Source: Nitrososphaerota archaeon
GTDB lineage: Archaea; Thermoproteota; Nitrososphaeria; Nitrososphaerales; UBA57
Assembly: GCA_002713205.1 (NCBI GenBank)
Contig: PAVW01000011.1
Span: 1 to 23,342, forward strand
DNA: 23,342 nt
Reading direction: 5' to 3'
A model generated the notes under the pieces. That model was given only the letters and a program-made list of their open reading frames with translations. It searched no databases and had not been told where the DNA came from. Shown here piece by piece: positions 5,306 to 13,237 of the stretch (position 1 is its first letter; each line of letters opens with the position of its first letter). The position numbers and the translations under genes are program-made.

Positions 5306-7501
5306 TTAATCTTTATCTATAAAGTCAGAAGCAGGAGGTGGAGATGAGCCTGGTAATCCACGCCTTTTTCGAATGTCAGAAATAACAGTAGTCAACATAG
5401 AATTCGGAACTTGAGACCATTCTTTGAAGTGAAGAGACCAAATTGCCTTACCTGCAGTAGCGCCACGCATAGATTCAGATAAGTCAAAGGTTTCTGAAGC
5501 TGGAATTTCACCATGAATAACTGAAAGATGAGATTTTTGTGTTATTTCACCAATTTTTCCACGTTTTGAGGAAATTACGCCAGCTATCTCACCAATCAAA
5601 TCAGAAGGCGCCTTGACTTCTATTCCTTGTATAGGTTCTAATAAAGTAGGATTAGCAGACAATAATGAACCTAATATAGCCCTTCGAGTAGCAGGCATTA
5701 ATTGAGCAAAGCTTCTATGGGCAATATCTTCATGAGGTACATAATGATGTAAAACAGCTTTAATGCCTCGACAGTATTCATAAGCTAATGGTCCATTGGA
5801 CATTACATCATCAAAACCCGAACGTATAGAATCAATTGATTCTTGAACATATTGAACACCTTTCGTAGCATCAACAAACATATTTCCTTTTGGATCAATA
5901 ACAACAACCCGTTTAGCTTCTTCTTTATCCCAACCTACATTTCTTAAAATTTCTGCCAATTCTTTTTTATCCGTATATTCATTAATTTTACCAGTACGTA
6001 TCATATCAATAACTTCAGAACTTAATGGTTCAACTCGAAGAAATAATTTATTATGTCGATTTGGAGATTTAGCCATAATAGGACCAGCTTGAGAAACTAT
6101 AGTTTCACGATAATTAATTAGTGGAGGAGATGTAATAATTTCAAGTTCTTGATCTTTAATTAAAGTCGTAGCAACATCCAAATGAAGTACACCCATACCA
6201 GAAATAAGCATTTCACCACTTTCTTCATTAATTTTTATTACAAGGCTAGGATCTTCAATATTCAATTTTCTTAAAACTTCAACTAATTTTGGAAGGTCTT
6301 TAGGAAATTTTGGTTCTAAAGCTATAGTTACAACAGGTTCAGAAACATAGGCAATTGATTCAAATTCAGAAAAACCTTTAGTAGAACTTATAGTTTCACC
6401 AGCTCTAGCATGTTCAAGACCCAATAATGCAGGAATATTACCGGCACTAAAATGTCCAACTAATTCACGTTGATTTCCCATAAACATATTTACAGATTGA
6501 ATTCTACCATTTCTTTTTGCGCCGAGTAAATTAACAACATCACCGTCCTTAACAGTGCCAGAGAATAATCTACCAGTTGCAACATTACCCGCATGTGGAT
6601 CAATATTAATATTAACTATCATCATTACAGTAGGACCATTTTCATCGCAATTCAGAAGAGCTTTACCAACTTCACTATCAAGATCTCCATGCCAAATTTT
6701 AGGAATTCGATATTTTTGTGCGATGTGAGGAGCAGGATGATGTTTAACAACCATACTTAAAATAGCTTCGTGTAATGGAGCTTGTTCAATAAGCTGATCA
6801 AGTTTATTGTCTTTATATGCATCATAAATAGTTTTAAAATTCACACCACTTTTTGTCGCTGTTGAAAAATTAAATCCCCATTTATCTTTAGCAGAACCAA
6901 AAGCAATACTACTATCCTGAATACTTACTTTCCATTTGTCTCTGTACTCTGGTTCAGCGTACAAATTAATTAATGCATTAAACTCAGTTATAACACCATT
7001 AAGATGCTCTTGCATTTTTTCAGGAGTCAACCTCAATTCTTTAACTAATCGATCAATTTTATTAATATACAATACTGGACGTACACGTTCTTCAAGTGAT
7101 TGTCGAGTAACAGTTTCAGTCTGAGTCATAACACCTTCTACAGCATCAGCAACCACAACTGAACCATCTATTGCACGTAGACTTCGTGAAACTCTGGAAT
7201 TAAAATCAACATGTCCAGGGGTGTCTATCATATTAAATATATAGGGCGTACCATCCTGTTCATAATATAAAGTAATATTTGCTGAATTAATAGTAATACC
7301 TCTTTTTTGTTCCATTTCCATAGAATCAAGAACAAGAGCTTCTCCGGCAACACTTGGGCTAATAATTCCACATCCGGCCAATAAACTATCACTCATAGTT
7401 GTTTTTCCATGATCAACGTGGGCAATCACACCAAAATTTCTTATTTGGTCTTTATTGCCAATAATTTTCATAATGTCTGTTGTGGATTTATATTTCGGCA
7501 T
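5306..7501 (-). CDS. fusA: Translation elongation factor 2 (aEF-2)
   Basis: 731 aa. G1 AHVDHGKTT, G3 DTPGHVDF, G4 NKIDR. The domain IV tip HEDIAHRSFAQ contains the diphthamide-position His595. Confidence 0.97.
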   Translation of the reverse strand: MPKYKSTTDIMKIIGNKDQIRNFGVIAHVDHGKTTMSDSLLAGCGIISPSVAGEALVLDSMEMEQKRGITINSANITLYYEQDGTPYIFNMIDTPGHVDFNSRVSRSLRAIDGSVVVADAVEGVMTQTETVTRQSLEERVRPVLYINKIDRLVKELRLTPEKMQEHLNGVITEFNALINLYAEPEYRDKWKVSIQDSSIAFGSAKDKWGFNFSTATKSGVNFKTIYDAYKDNKLDQLIEQAPLHEAILSMVVKHHPAPHIAQKYRIPKIWHGDLDSEVGKALLNCDENGPTVMMIVNINIDPHAGNVATGRLFSGTVKDGDVVNLLGAKRNGRIQSVNMFMGNQRELVGHFSAGNIPALLGLEHARAGETISSTKGFSEFESIAYVSEPVVTIALEPKFPKDLPKLVEVLRKLNIEDPSLVIKINEESGEMLISGMGVLHLDVATTLIKDQELEIITSPPLINYRETIVSQAGPIMAKSPNRHNKLFLRVEPLSSEVIDMIRTGKINEYTDKKELAEILRNVGWDKEEAKRVVVIDPKGNMFVDATKGVQYVQESIDSIRSGFDDVMSNGPLAYEYCRGIKAVLHHYVPHEDIAHRSFAQLMPATRRAILGSLLSANPTLLEPIQGIEVKAPSDLIGEIAGVISSKRGKIGEITQKSHLSVIHGEIPASETFDLSESMRGATAGKAIWSLHFKEWSQVPNSMLTTVISDIRKRRGLPGSSPPPASDFIDKD

Positions 7502-7590
7502 AATCTGTTCTAACTAGTTTAATAAAAAAAAGTTATCTATATAATCTTTAAGTTATTTATAAAATTTTTTTTTATTTAACAATTAGAAAT

Positions 7591-8700
7591 TTAATTTTGT
7601 CCATATAAATGAATTAGATTAGTAATTGCAGTCTTATAGATTTCAATAGACATAAGAAATTCATCTATAGATATATTTTCATTAGAAGTATGTGATAAAT
7701 GAGGATTTCCAGGGCCATATGTTACAACTGGTATTTGTAGAGAGTTTCCTAATACATTCATATCACCGGTGCCGGTTTTATGTACAAATTGTGGTTTTAT
7801 GTCTAAGTGATGTATTATTGATCTGCCAAGTGCTCGACTAATTAAAGATGATTTACTAGCCTCAAATGCAGGAGTAGAATCCAAGATTTCCAATAAATAA
7901 GAACTATCCGAATTATTATTGTTATTTTCATTAACAATTGTCTGAATTTTGTCTAATATTTTATTAGATTCATATCTATACGGGAATCTAACATCACAGG
8001 TCAATTCGCACACACCTGGCATTACATTATCGGCATTGCCACCGATAATTTTAGTAATGCAAGCAGTTACTTGCTTGTAATGATTAGAATGTTCATTCGG
8101 GAAATTATTCTTAATATCATTCCATATTAAATATAATTCTTCAATAGCATTTTTAGACATCCAAGGAGCACTGGCATGAACAGAAGGAGTATTACAAATA
8201 ATCTTAAGAGATAAGCGACCTTTGTATCCAATAGTAATTTTTTCTATTCCACTGGGTTCGCCAAATATTGCAAAATCAGGCATTATATTACTTTTAAGAA
8301 ATTCACGTATTCCAGATCCATTACCTTCTTCATTTGTTACAGCTGCAACAATTATACGACCTAAAGGAAGATTATTACAAAAACTAGAAGCAGCCGATAT
8401 CATAGAGATTAAAGAGGATTTTGCGTCAACAGCACCACGACCTGACAAAGTTCCATTGTTAGATTTAACATCCAATTCTCCTGGAACGGTATCCATATGT
8501 CCACATAATAATAATGTAGGATTTCCAGAACCAATTTCGCCAATAACATTATCAGCAGAATCAATTCTGATATTACTGAATCCAAGGTCTTTCATTGTAT
8601 TAAAAAGAAAATTAGAAATATCTTTTTCAGAATCAGATGGAGAATATATTCTTAGAGCAGATTCAAGTAAACTAACAAATTGTTTGGACAAGACAATCAC
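7591..8700 (-). CDS. lysK: [LysW]-lysine/ornithine hydrolase (LysK / ArgE-type M20 deacylase)
   Basis: M20 peptidase motifs LLLCGHMDTVP, GRGAVDAKS, NEEGNGSG. It is the last gene of the lysW cluster. GTG start at 8700, because the first in-frame ATG (codon 36) would delete the conserved N-terminus. Confidence 0.8.
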   Translation of the reverse strand: MIVLSKQFVSLLESALRIYSPSDSEKDISNFLFNTMKDLGFSNIRIDSADNVIGEIGSGNPTLLLCGHMDTVPGELDVKSNNGTLSGRGAVDAKSSLISMISAASSFCNNLPLGRIIVAAVTNEEGNGSGIREFLKSNIMPDFAIFGEPSGIEKITIGYKGRLSLKIICNTPSVHASAPWMSKNAIEELYLIWNDIKNNFPNEHSNHYKQVTACITKIIGGNADNVMPGVCELTCDVRFPYRYESNKILDKIQTIVNENNNNNSDSSYLLEILDSTPAFEASKSSLISRALGRSIIHHLDIKPQFVHKTGTGDMNVLGNSLQIPVVTYGPGNPHLSHTSNENISIDEFLMSIEIYKTAITNLIHLYGQN

Positions 8701-8717
8701 TAAACTGTATTTAATTA

Positions 8718-9143
8718 TTAATCATCTTTATTATTATCAATTGTAGCAAGAATAGAAGAGGTCACTATACTTGCAATGCCTGGAATTTGACGAATTTTTT
8801 CCAAAGTTTTGAACAATAAAATTTTATCATCAATTGAGAAAATCAAAAGAAGATCAAATTCACCAGTAATTGAATACAAGCTACCGATTTCGTTTATTGA
8901 TTTAAGTTCAGAATTAATTTGAGATAAAGATCTAGTATTATCTAATTTTATCAATGTGAATGCAGCAGGGGCATTATATTTAGTATCTATTGTATACTTT
9001 GTAACAATTCCAGAAGAAACGAGTTTTTGAATGCGTTCCCTTACTGAACCTTCAGACAATCCAACCTTTTGAGCAATTATAGTATTCTTAGTTCTAGAAT
9101 CCTTTATCAAAATAGCAAGTATTTGGCGATCTATATCATCCAT
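8718..9143 (-). CDS. Lrp/AsnC-family transcription regulator (LysM-like, embedded in the lys/arg operon)
   Basis: MDDIDRQILAILIKDSRTKNTIIAQKVGLSEGSVRERIQKLVSSGIV is an N-terminal HTH, followed by a C-terminal RAM/ligand domain. I prefer ATG 9143 (8-nt overlap with the lysJ stop) over ATG 9164. Confidence 0.85.
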   Translation of the reverse strand: MDDIDRQILAILIKDSRTKNTIIAQKVGLSEGSVRERIQKLVSSGIVTKYTIDTKYNAPAAFTLIKLDNTRSLSQINSELKSINEIGSLYSITGEFDLLLIFSIDDKILLFKTLEKIRQIPGIASIVTSSILATIDNNKDD

Positions 9144-10329
9144 TTGATAATTTACCTCTATCATAGTTTTGAAATATGGTAGATAATATCTCTAAAGATT
9201 CTTTCACTTCATTTTCAGTTAAAATTAATGGTGGTAATAATCTTAGTATATTTCTACCAGAATACAACATAATTAATCCATGATTTAATGCGTCATATAA
9301 AATGTCTTTAATTGGAAATCTTGATTCAATAGCAATCATGAGACCAAGACCACGAACATCACGAATAAAATCATATTTTGACATCAAATCAGAAAGACCG
9401 TTTAGGAATATTTCGCCAATTTTTTCTGCATTATCAACTAAATTTTCATTTAATAAATAATCAATAGTAGCATTTGTGGCAGCCGATGTTAATGGATTTC
9501 CACCAAAAGTAGTTGTATGTTCTCCTAGAGAAAAATTCGATAAATCACTTCGATAGAGCATAGCACCAACAGGCAACCCACCTGCCAATCCTTTTCCAAT
9601 ACATAAAATATCAGGTTTTAGACCATAATGTTCATGAGCCCACATTTTTCCAGTTCTTCCAAGACCTGTTTGAATTTCATCGATAACCAATAAAACATTA
9701 TTTTTATTGCATTGTTCTTGTAATTTAATAAAATATTCATTTGAGGCAAATTTTACACCGCTTTCACCTTGAATTACTTCAAGAAATACAGATCCAGTAT
9801 TTTCGTCTATCTGATCAAGGGATTCTATACTGCCAAATGTAATAAATTCAATATTATCAAGTAAAGGTTTGAACGATTTCTTATATTTAGGATTCCAAGT
9901 TAGTGAAAGAGAACCAATTGTTTTACCATGATATGAACCACTCATAGATATGATTTTATTAGTAGAGTTTTTTTTACATAATTTTAATGCTGCTTCTATT
10001 GCTTCTGTGCCACTATTACATAAATAGATATTATCAAGATGTTTCGGGGTTATTTTATGAAGTTTTTGTACGGTTTTAGATCTTTGTTCGTTATAAAAAG
10101 AACCATGGCAACTAGTGAGCTTAGTAGCCTGATTATAAATAGCTTCAACAACTTTGTCATTTGAATGTCCAACTAATGAAACCCCATACCCTCCCATTAG
10201 ATCAAGATATTTTTTACCATCCAAGTCCCATACATAACAGCCACTACCTTTTTCAAGAACGATAGGAAATTTTTGATAAACAGGAGATAGTAAAGTATCT
10301 TCAAAATGAATTATTTCTTCACTATTCAT
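9136..10329 (-). CDS. lysJ: [LysW]-aminoadipate/glutamate semialdehyde aminotransferase (LysJ / ArgD class-III PLP aminotransferase)
   Basis: GGYGVSLVGHS, NSGTEAIEAALKL, VIDEIQTGLGRTGK, and GKGLAGGLP carrying the PLP lysine. The ATG overlaps the lysZ stop by 8 nt. Confidence 0.9.
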   Translation of the reverse strand: MNSEEIIHFEDTLLSPVYQKFPIVLEKGSGCYVWDLDGKKYLDLMGGYGVSLVGHSNDKVVEAIYNQATKLTSCHGSFYNEQRSKTVQKLHKITPKHLDNIYLCNSGTEAIEAALKLCKKNSTNKIISMSGSYHGKTIGSLSLTWNPKYKKSFKPLLDNIEFITFGSIESLDQIDENTGSVFLEVIQGESGVKFASNEYFIKLQEQCNKNNVLLVIDEIQTGLGRTGKMWAHEHYGLKPDILCIGKGLAGGLPVGAMLYRSDLSNFSLGEHTTTFGGNPLTSAATNATIDYLLNENLVDNAEKIGEIFLNGLSDLMSKYDFIRDVRGLGLMIAIESRFPIKDILYDALNHGLIMLYSGRNILRLLPPLILTENEVKESLEILSTIFQNYDRGKLSNG

Positions 10330-11131
10330 TGGAAATCACAGTACAATTAGAATGTTTAAAAGCATTTGATATAGGATTTATTGAATTTCCAGATGCTATA
10401 ATTCCTTCTTTCACGCCGTTTTCTAATGACTCGATACATGAAATTAGTTTTTGTTCCATGCCAAAACCTAGATTTGGAAGAAGTTCTTTAGCCTCATTCA
10501 AAGTTAATTTAGATAATAATTTATTATCAAGAAATATACCATCAACATCAGTAAGAAAGATTACACGAGTAGCATTTAGATGACTAGCAATATTTGATGC
10601 GGCTCTATCTCCATTTACATTCAATATTTCAAATTCATCACTTAAAGCCACTGGAGAAATAACGGGTAAATAACCAGAATCAAGAAGGTTATTTAATAAA
10701 TCAGTGTTAACACTATAGATTTTTCCAGTATAGCCACCATCAATGGCAAGTTTTCTCTTTCTTTCGTCAATTATTAGTAATTTTTTTTTGCGTTTAGCAT
10801 TTAAGAGATTAGAATCAATTCCACCAAGGCCAACGGCATTAATACCTAATTTTTGTAACGATATAACAATTTCTTTATTTATTTTTCCACACATAACCAT
10901 CATAAAAATTGATGCAGTTTCTTTGTCAGTATATCTACTTTTAACACCTGAAGGAGATACAATAAATTCCTGTTTCTTTCCAAGATTTTCTGCAATTTCT
11001 GTAACAGTATTTCCTCCACCATGAACTAAAACTAAAGGTTCTTTTTTTAAAAAAATCTTAATATCTTCGAATAAGTTTTCAGTTAATCCTTTACTATGCA
11101 GACTACCTCCGATTTTTATTATTGTAACCAT
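10322..11131 (-). CDS. lysZ: [LysW]-aminoadipate/glutamate kinase (LysZ / ArgB amino-acid kinase)
   Basis: IIKIGGS, LVLVHGGGN, NVNGDRAAS, FLTDVDG. I use ATG 11131, 5 nt after the lysY stop, rather than GTG 11140. Confidence 0.9.
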   Translation of the reverse strand: MVTIIKIGGSLHSKGLTENLFEDIKIFLKKEPLVLVHGGGNTVTEIAENLGKKQEFIVSPSGVKSRYTDKETASIFMMVMCGKINKEIVISLQKLGINAVGLGGIDSNLLNAKRKKKLLIIDERKRKLAIDGGYTGKIYSVNTDLLNNLLDSGYLPVISPVALSDEFEILNVNGDRAASNIASHLNATRVIFLTDVDGIFLDNKLLSKLTLNEAKELLPNLGFGMEQKLISCIESLENGVKEGIIASGNSINPISNAFKHSNCTVISNE

Positions 11132-11136
11132 AAAAA

Positions 11137-12189
11137 TCACAATGGGTGAATACCAGGAGTCCAGAGACTTTCAGTTTCTTCAAAATTTGACATCAAATTC
11201 ATATTTTGAATCGCAGTACCTGCAGCTCCTTTAATAAGATTATCAGAAGATGAAATTACAATAAGTCTAGAAGCAGATTTATCGTATGCAAATCCAATAT
11301 CACAGAAATTTGAACCAATAAGTATTTTTGGATCAGGATATCTATATAGGCCTTTTTTGTCTCTTATGAACCTGATAAATGGAGAATCAGAATAAAATTG
11401 TCTAAAGTTTTTCCATATATCGACTTCGTTAATTGCGTTTTTAATATGGGCATAAGAAGTACACAATATACCACGCACTAGATTTACGGAATGAACGGAT
11501 AAAGAAGCAGTTACACGAGTGTCGGATAATTTGGAAAGTTCTTGATCAATCTCAGCAGTATGACGATGTGCGTATGGTTTGTATAGTCTAATCACTCCAT
11601 ATCTATTAGCATGATGAGATGCAATGGTAGGTTTAACTCCAGCGCCAGAAGAACCAACTTTTGCGTCAATAATTATATCATTATTATCAATTATATTCGT
11701 ATTAACAAGCGGAGCTAATGCTAAAATAGAAGTCAATGCAGTGCAACCAGGAGTGGATACATAATTACTTGATTTTATTGATTCTCTATTTATTTCTGGA
11801 AGGCCAAAAGTAAATTTTTTTAATAAATCAGGATAAGGATGAGCGAATCCATACCATTTATCATATGAAAGAGAATTATCAAGTCTATAATCTGCACTCA
11901 TATCAATAATTTTTACCCCTGTGTTAGCAAGTTGATTCATAAATTCAAAAGAGCTGCCGTGAGGGGCAGCAGTAAAAACTAAATCACAATTATCTAAGAC
12001 CTTCGAGTTATCAAATGATGAGAATTTTAGATCAGTAAATCCTTTAAGATTAGGATGAATTTTATATAAAAATTGACCTTTGTAAGTACGAGATGTAGCT
12101 ATCGTCAGTTCAACTTGAGAATGATTTATCAATAATCTTAATAATTCTCCACCGACAAAACCTGATGCGCCAATTATTCCAACTTTCAT
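11137..12189 (-). CDS. lysY: [LysW]-aminoadipyl/glutamyl-phosphate reductase (LysY / ArgC)
   Basis: MKVGIIGASGFVGGELLRLL (Rossmann), STPGCTALTSILAL (catalytic Cys), SSSDNLIKGAAGTAIQNMNLM. Confidence 0.9.
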   Translation of the reverse strand: MKVGIIGASGFVGGELLRLLINHSQVELTIATSRTYKGQFLYKIHPNLKGFTDLKFSSFDNSKVLDNCDLVFTAAPHGSSFEFMNQLANTGVKIIDMSADYRLDNSLSYDKWYGFAHPYPDLLKKFTFGLPEINRESIKSSNYVSTPGCTALTSILALAPLVNTNIIDNNDIIIDAKVGSSGAGVKPTIASHHANRYGVIRLYKPYAHRHTAEIDQELSKLSDTRVTASLSVHSVNLVRGILCTSYAHIKNAINEVDIWKNFRQFYSDSPFIRFIRDKKGLYRYPDPKILIGSNFCDIGFAYDKSASRLIVISSSDNLIKGAAGTAIQNMNLMSNFEETESLWTPGIHPL

Positions 12190-12195
12190 TTCATA

Positions 12196-13062
12196 TTACC
12201 TTTTTGAAACAGTGTCAATATAATCTACAATTTTATGTGCTATATTATCATTTGTAAATTTAGAGATGCCTTTGAATTCAACATTATTATTTATTTCATG
12301 AACCAGCAGGCCATCGTCACTTTCCATTAAATCAACACCAAGAATTCCACCACCAACAGATTCTGATGCTTTTATAACAACATCTTCTAATTCTTTTGTC
12401 ATAGGACAGTTTTCAATTTTTGCTCCAAGTGAGAGATTAGTCCTCCAATCATCATTTGATGAATAACGATATTCAGCACCAAGAACTTCATTCCCTACAA
12501 CAACAGTTCTAATATCTCTAGGAGGCCTGTTCACATGTTGTTGAATATAAAATATTTTCGATAACAAACCATCATCATTGTATCTCATTTCAATTAATGC
12601 TTTTGCAGAATCCATATCATTTAATTTTACCACTCCTCGACCCCAACTACCAACAATAGGTTTGAGTACAGATGGATACCCTAACGAAGCGACAGAATTT
12701 ACGGCTGATTTGTCTGAAAAACTAAATAGAGTAAGCGGAGTAGCAATGCCTGCTTTTTCAAACGCCAATGTAGAAAGAAATTTATTACCACAAGTTCTAC
12801 TAGTGCTAGAATTATTCACGACAGAACAATTCTTTGATTCGAGATAATGAGCAATCAGCATTCCACGATAATGACTTATACACCTTTGTAATATCGAGTT
12901 TCCATATACGTCTTGAATAGATTGAACAGAATCATCACTATGTAATACAAGTGTTTTTGCATCAAACTTACTAAATTGAATATTTTTATGTTCTAGTGCT
13001 TTGAAAATTTCTTTTTCTTCCCAACGCACACGATCATAAATAATACTAATACGATTATTCAT
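12196..13062 (-). CDS. lysX: Amino-group carrier protein ligase, ATP-grasp (LysX/ArgX; substrate not determinable here)
   Basis: ISIIYDRVRWEEKE, GYPSVLKPIVGSWGRGV, FYIQQHVNRPPRDIR, GGGILGVDLMESDDGLLVHEINNNVEFKG parallel Thermus LysX. The true start is ATG 13062 (MNNRISIIYDR). The track's 26 extra N-terminal codons are the out-of-frame reading of the lysW 3' end. Confidence 0.87.
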   Translation of the reverse strand: MNNRISIIYDRVRWEEKEIFKALEHKNIQFSKFDAKTLVLHSDDSVQSIQDVYGNSILQRCISHYRGMLIAHYLESKNCSVVNNSSTSRTCGNKFLSTLAFEKAGIATPLTLFSFSDKSAVNSVASLGYPSVLKPIVGSWGRGVVKLNDMDSAKALIEMRYNDDGLLSKIFYIQQHVNRPPRDIRTVVVGNEVLGAEYRYSSNDDWRTNLSLGAKIENCPMTKELEDVVIKASESVGGGILGVDLMESDDGLLVHEINNNVEFKGISKFTNDNIAHKIVDYIDTVSKR

Positions 13063-13063
13063 A

Positions 13064-13237
13064 TTATTCTCCCCAATCTTCTCCAACTGATTCTGCAGGC
13101 GATAATGTAACATTATTTGAATCGATTTTGCTAACTTCAAATTCGTTACCGCAATCAGGACAACTTATAATTTCTCCAACTACAACGTCATCTAGAATCT
13201 TCATTGTCGCATCGCAATCTTGACATTTCTGCTCCAT
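13064..13237 (-). CDS. lysW: LysW/ArgW amino-group carrier protein (57 aa; not in the supplied ORF track)
   Basis: My own translation is MEQKCQDCDATMKILDDVVVGEIISCPDCGNEFEVSKIDSNNVTLSPAESVGEDWGE-stop. It has an N-terminal CxxC-x17-CxxC zinc ribbon and the hallmark C-terminal EDWGE. The ATG shares one base with the argH TAA (TAATG). The stop is 1 nt before the lysX ATG. Confidence 0.9.
   Translation of the reverse strand: MEQKCQDCDATMKILDDVVVGEIISCPDCGNEFEVSKIDSNNVTLSPAESVGEDWGE

Noticed and set aside
7538-7549. AAAGA-TTATATA (minus strand), a BRE/TATA-like string about 40 nt upstream of the aEF-2 ATG
   Set aside because: It is a plausible promoter, but TATA-like strings are ubiquitous in this 89-bp, nearly pure-AT spacer. 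I cannot distinguish it from background without TSS data.
7912-7926. Asn5 run (NENNNNNSDSS) inside LysK
   Set aside because: This is a low-complexity insertion of the kind common in AT-rich genomes, located in a loop-like region. There is no evidence of slippage or a frameshift.
8222-8746. 174-aa plus-strand ORF, long for a 30%-GC genome
   Set aside because: It lies entirely antisense to lysK and the 3' end of the Lrp gene. Its P/S/L-rich translation has no recognisable motif, and both sense genes have strong family signatures. It is a typical shadow ORF of a coding region.
10329-11024. Plus-strand ORFs 10329..10583 and 10743..11024. The same class includes 12578..12847, 13892..14101, 16056..16256, 18829..19077 and 6936..7124.
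   Set aside because: Each lies antisense within a strongly supported gene (lysZ, lysX, argH, the HTH-ACT gene, purA, aEF-2). None has a recognisable domain, and the operon structure leaves them no promoter space.
13063-13140. 26-codon N-terminal extension of lysX in the ORF track (MKLAKSIQIMLHYRLQNQLEKIGENN)
   Set aside because: These bases are the 3' half of lysW read in another frame. LysX homologues begin at the ...ISIIYDR... motif, which follows ATG 13062.
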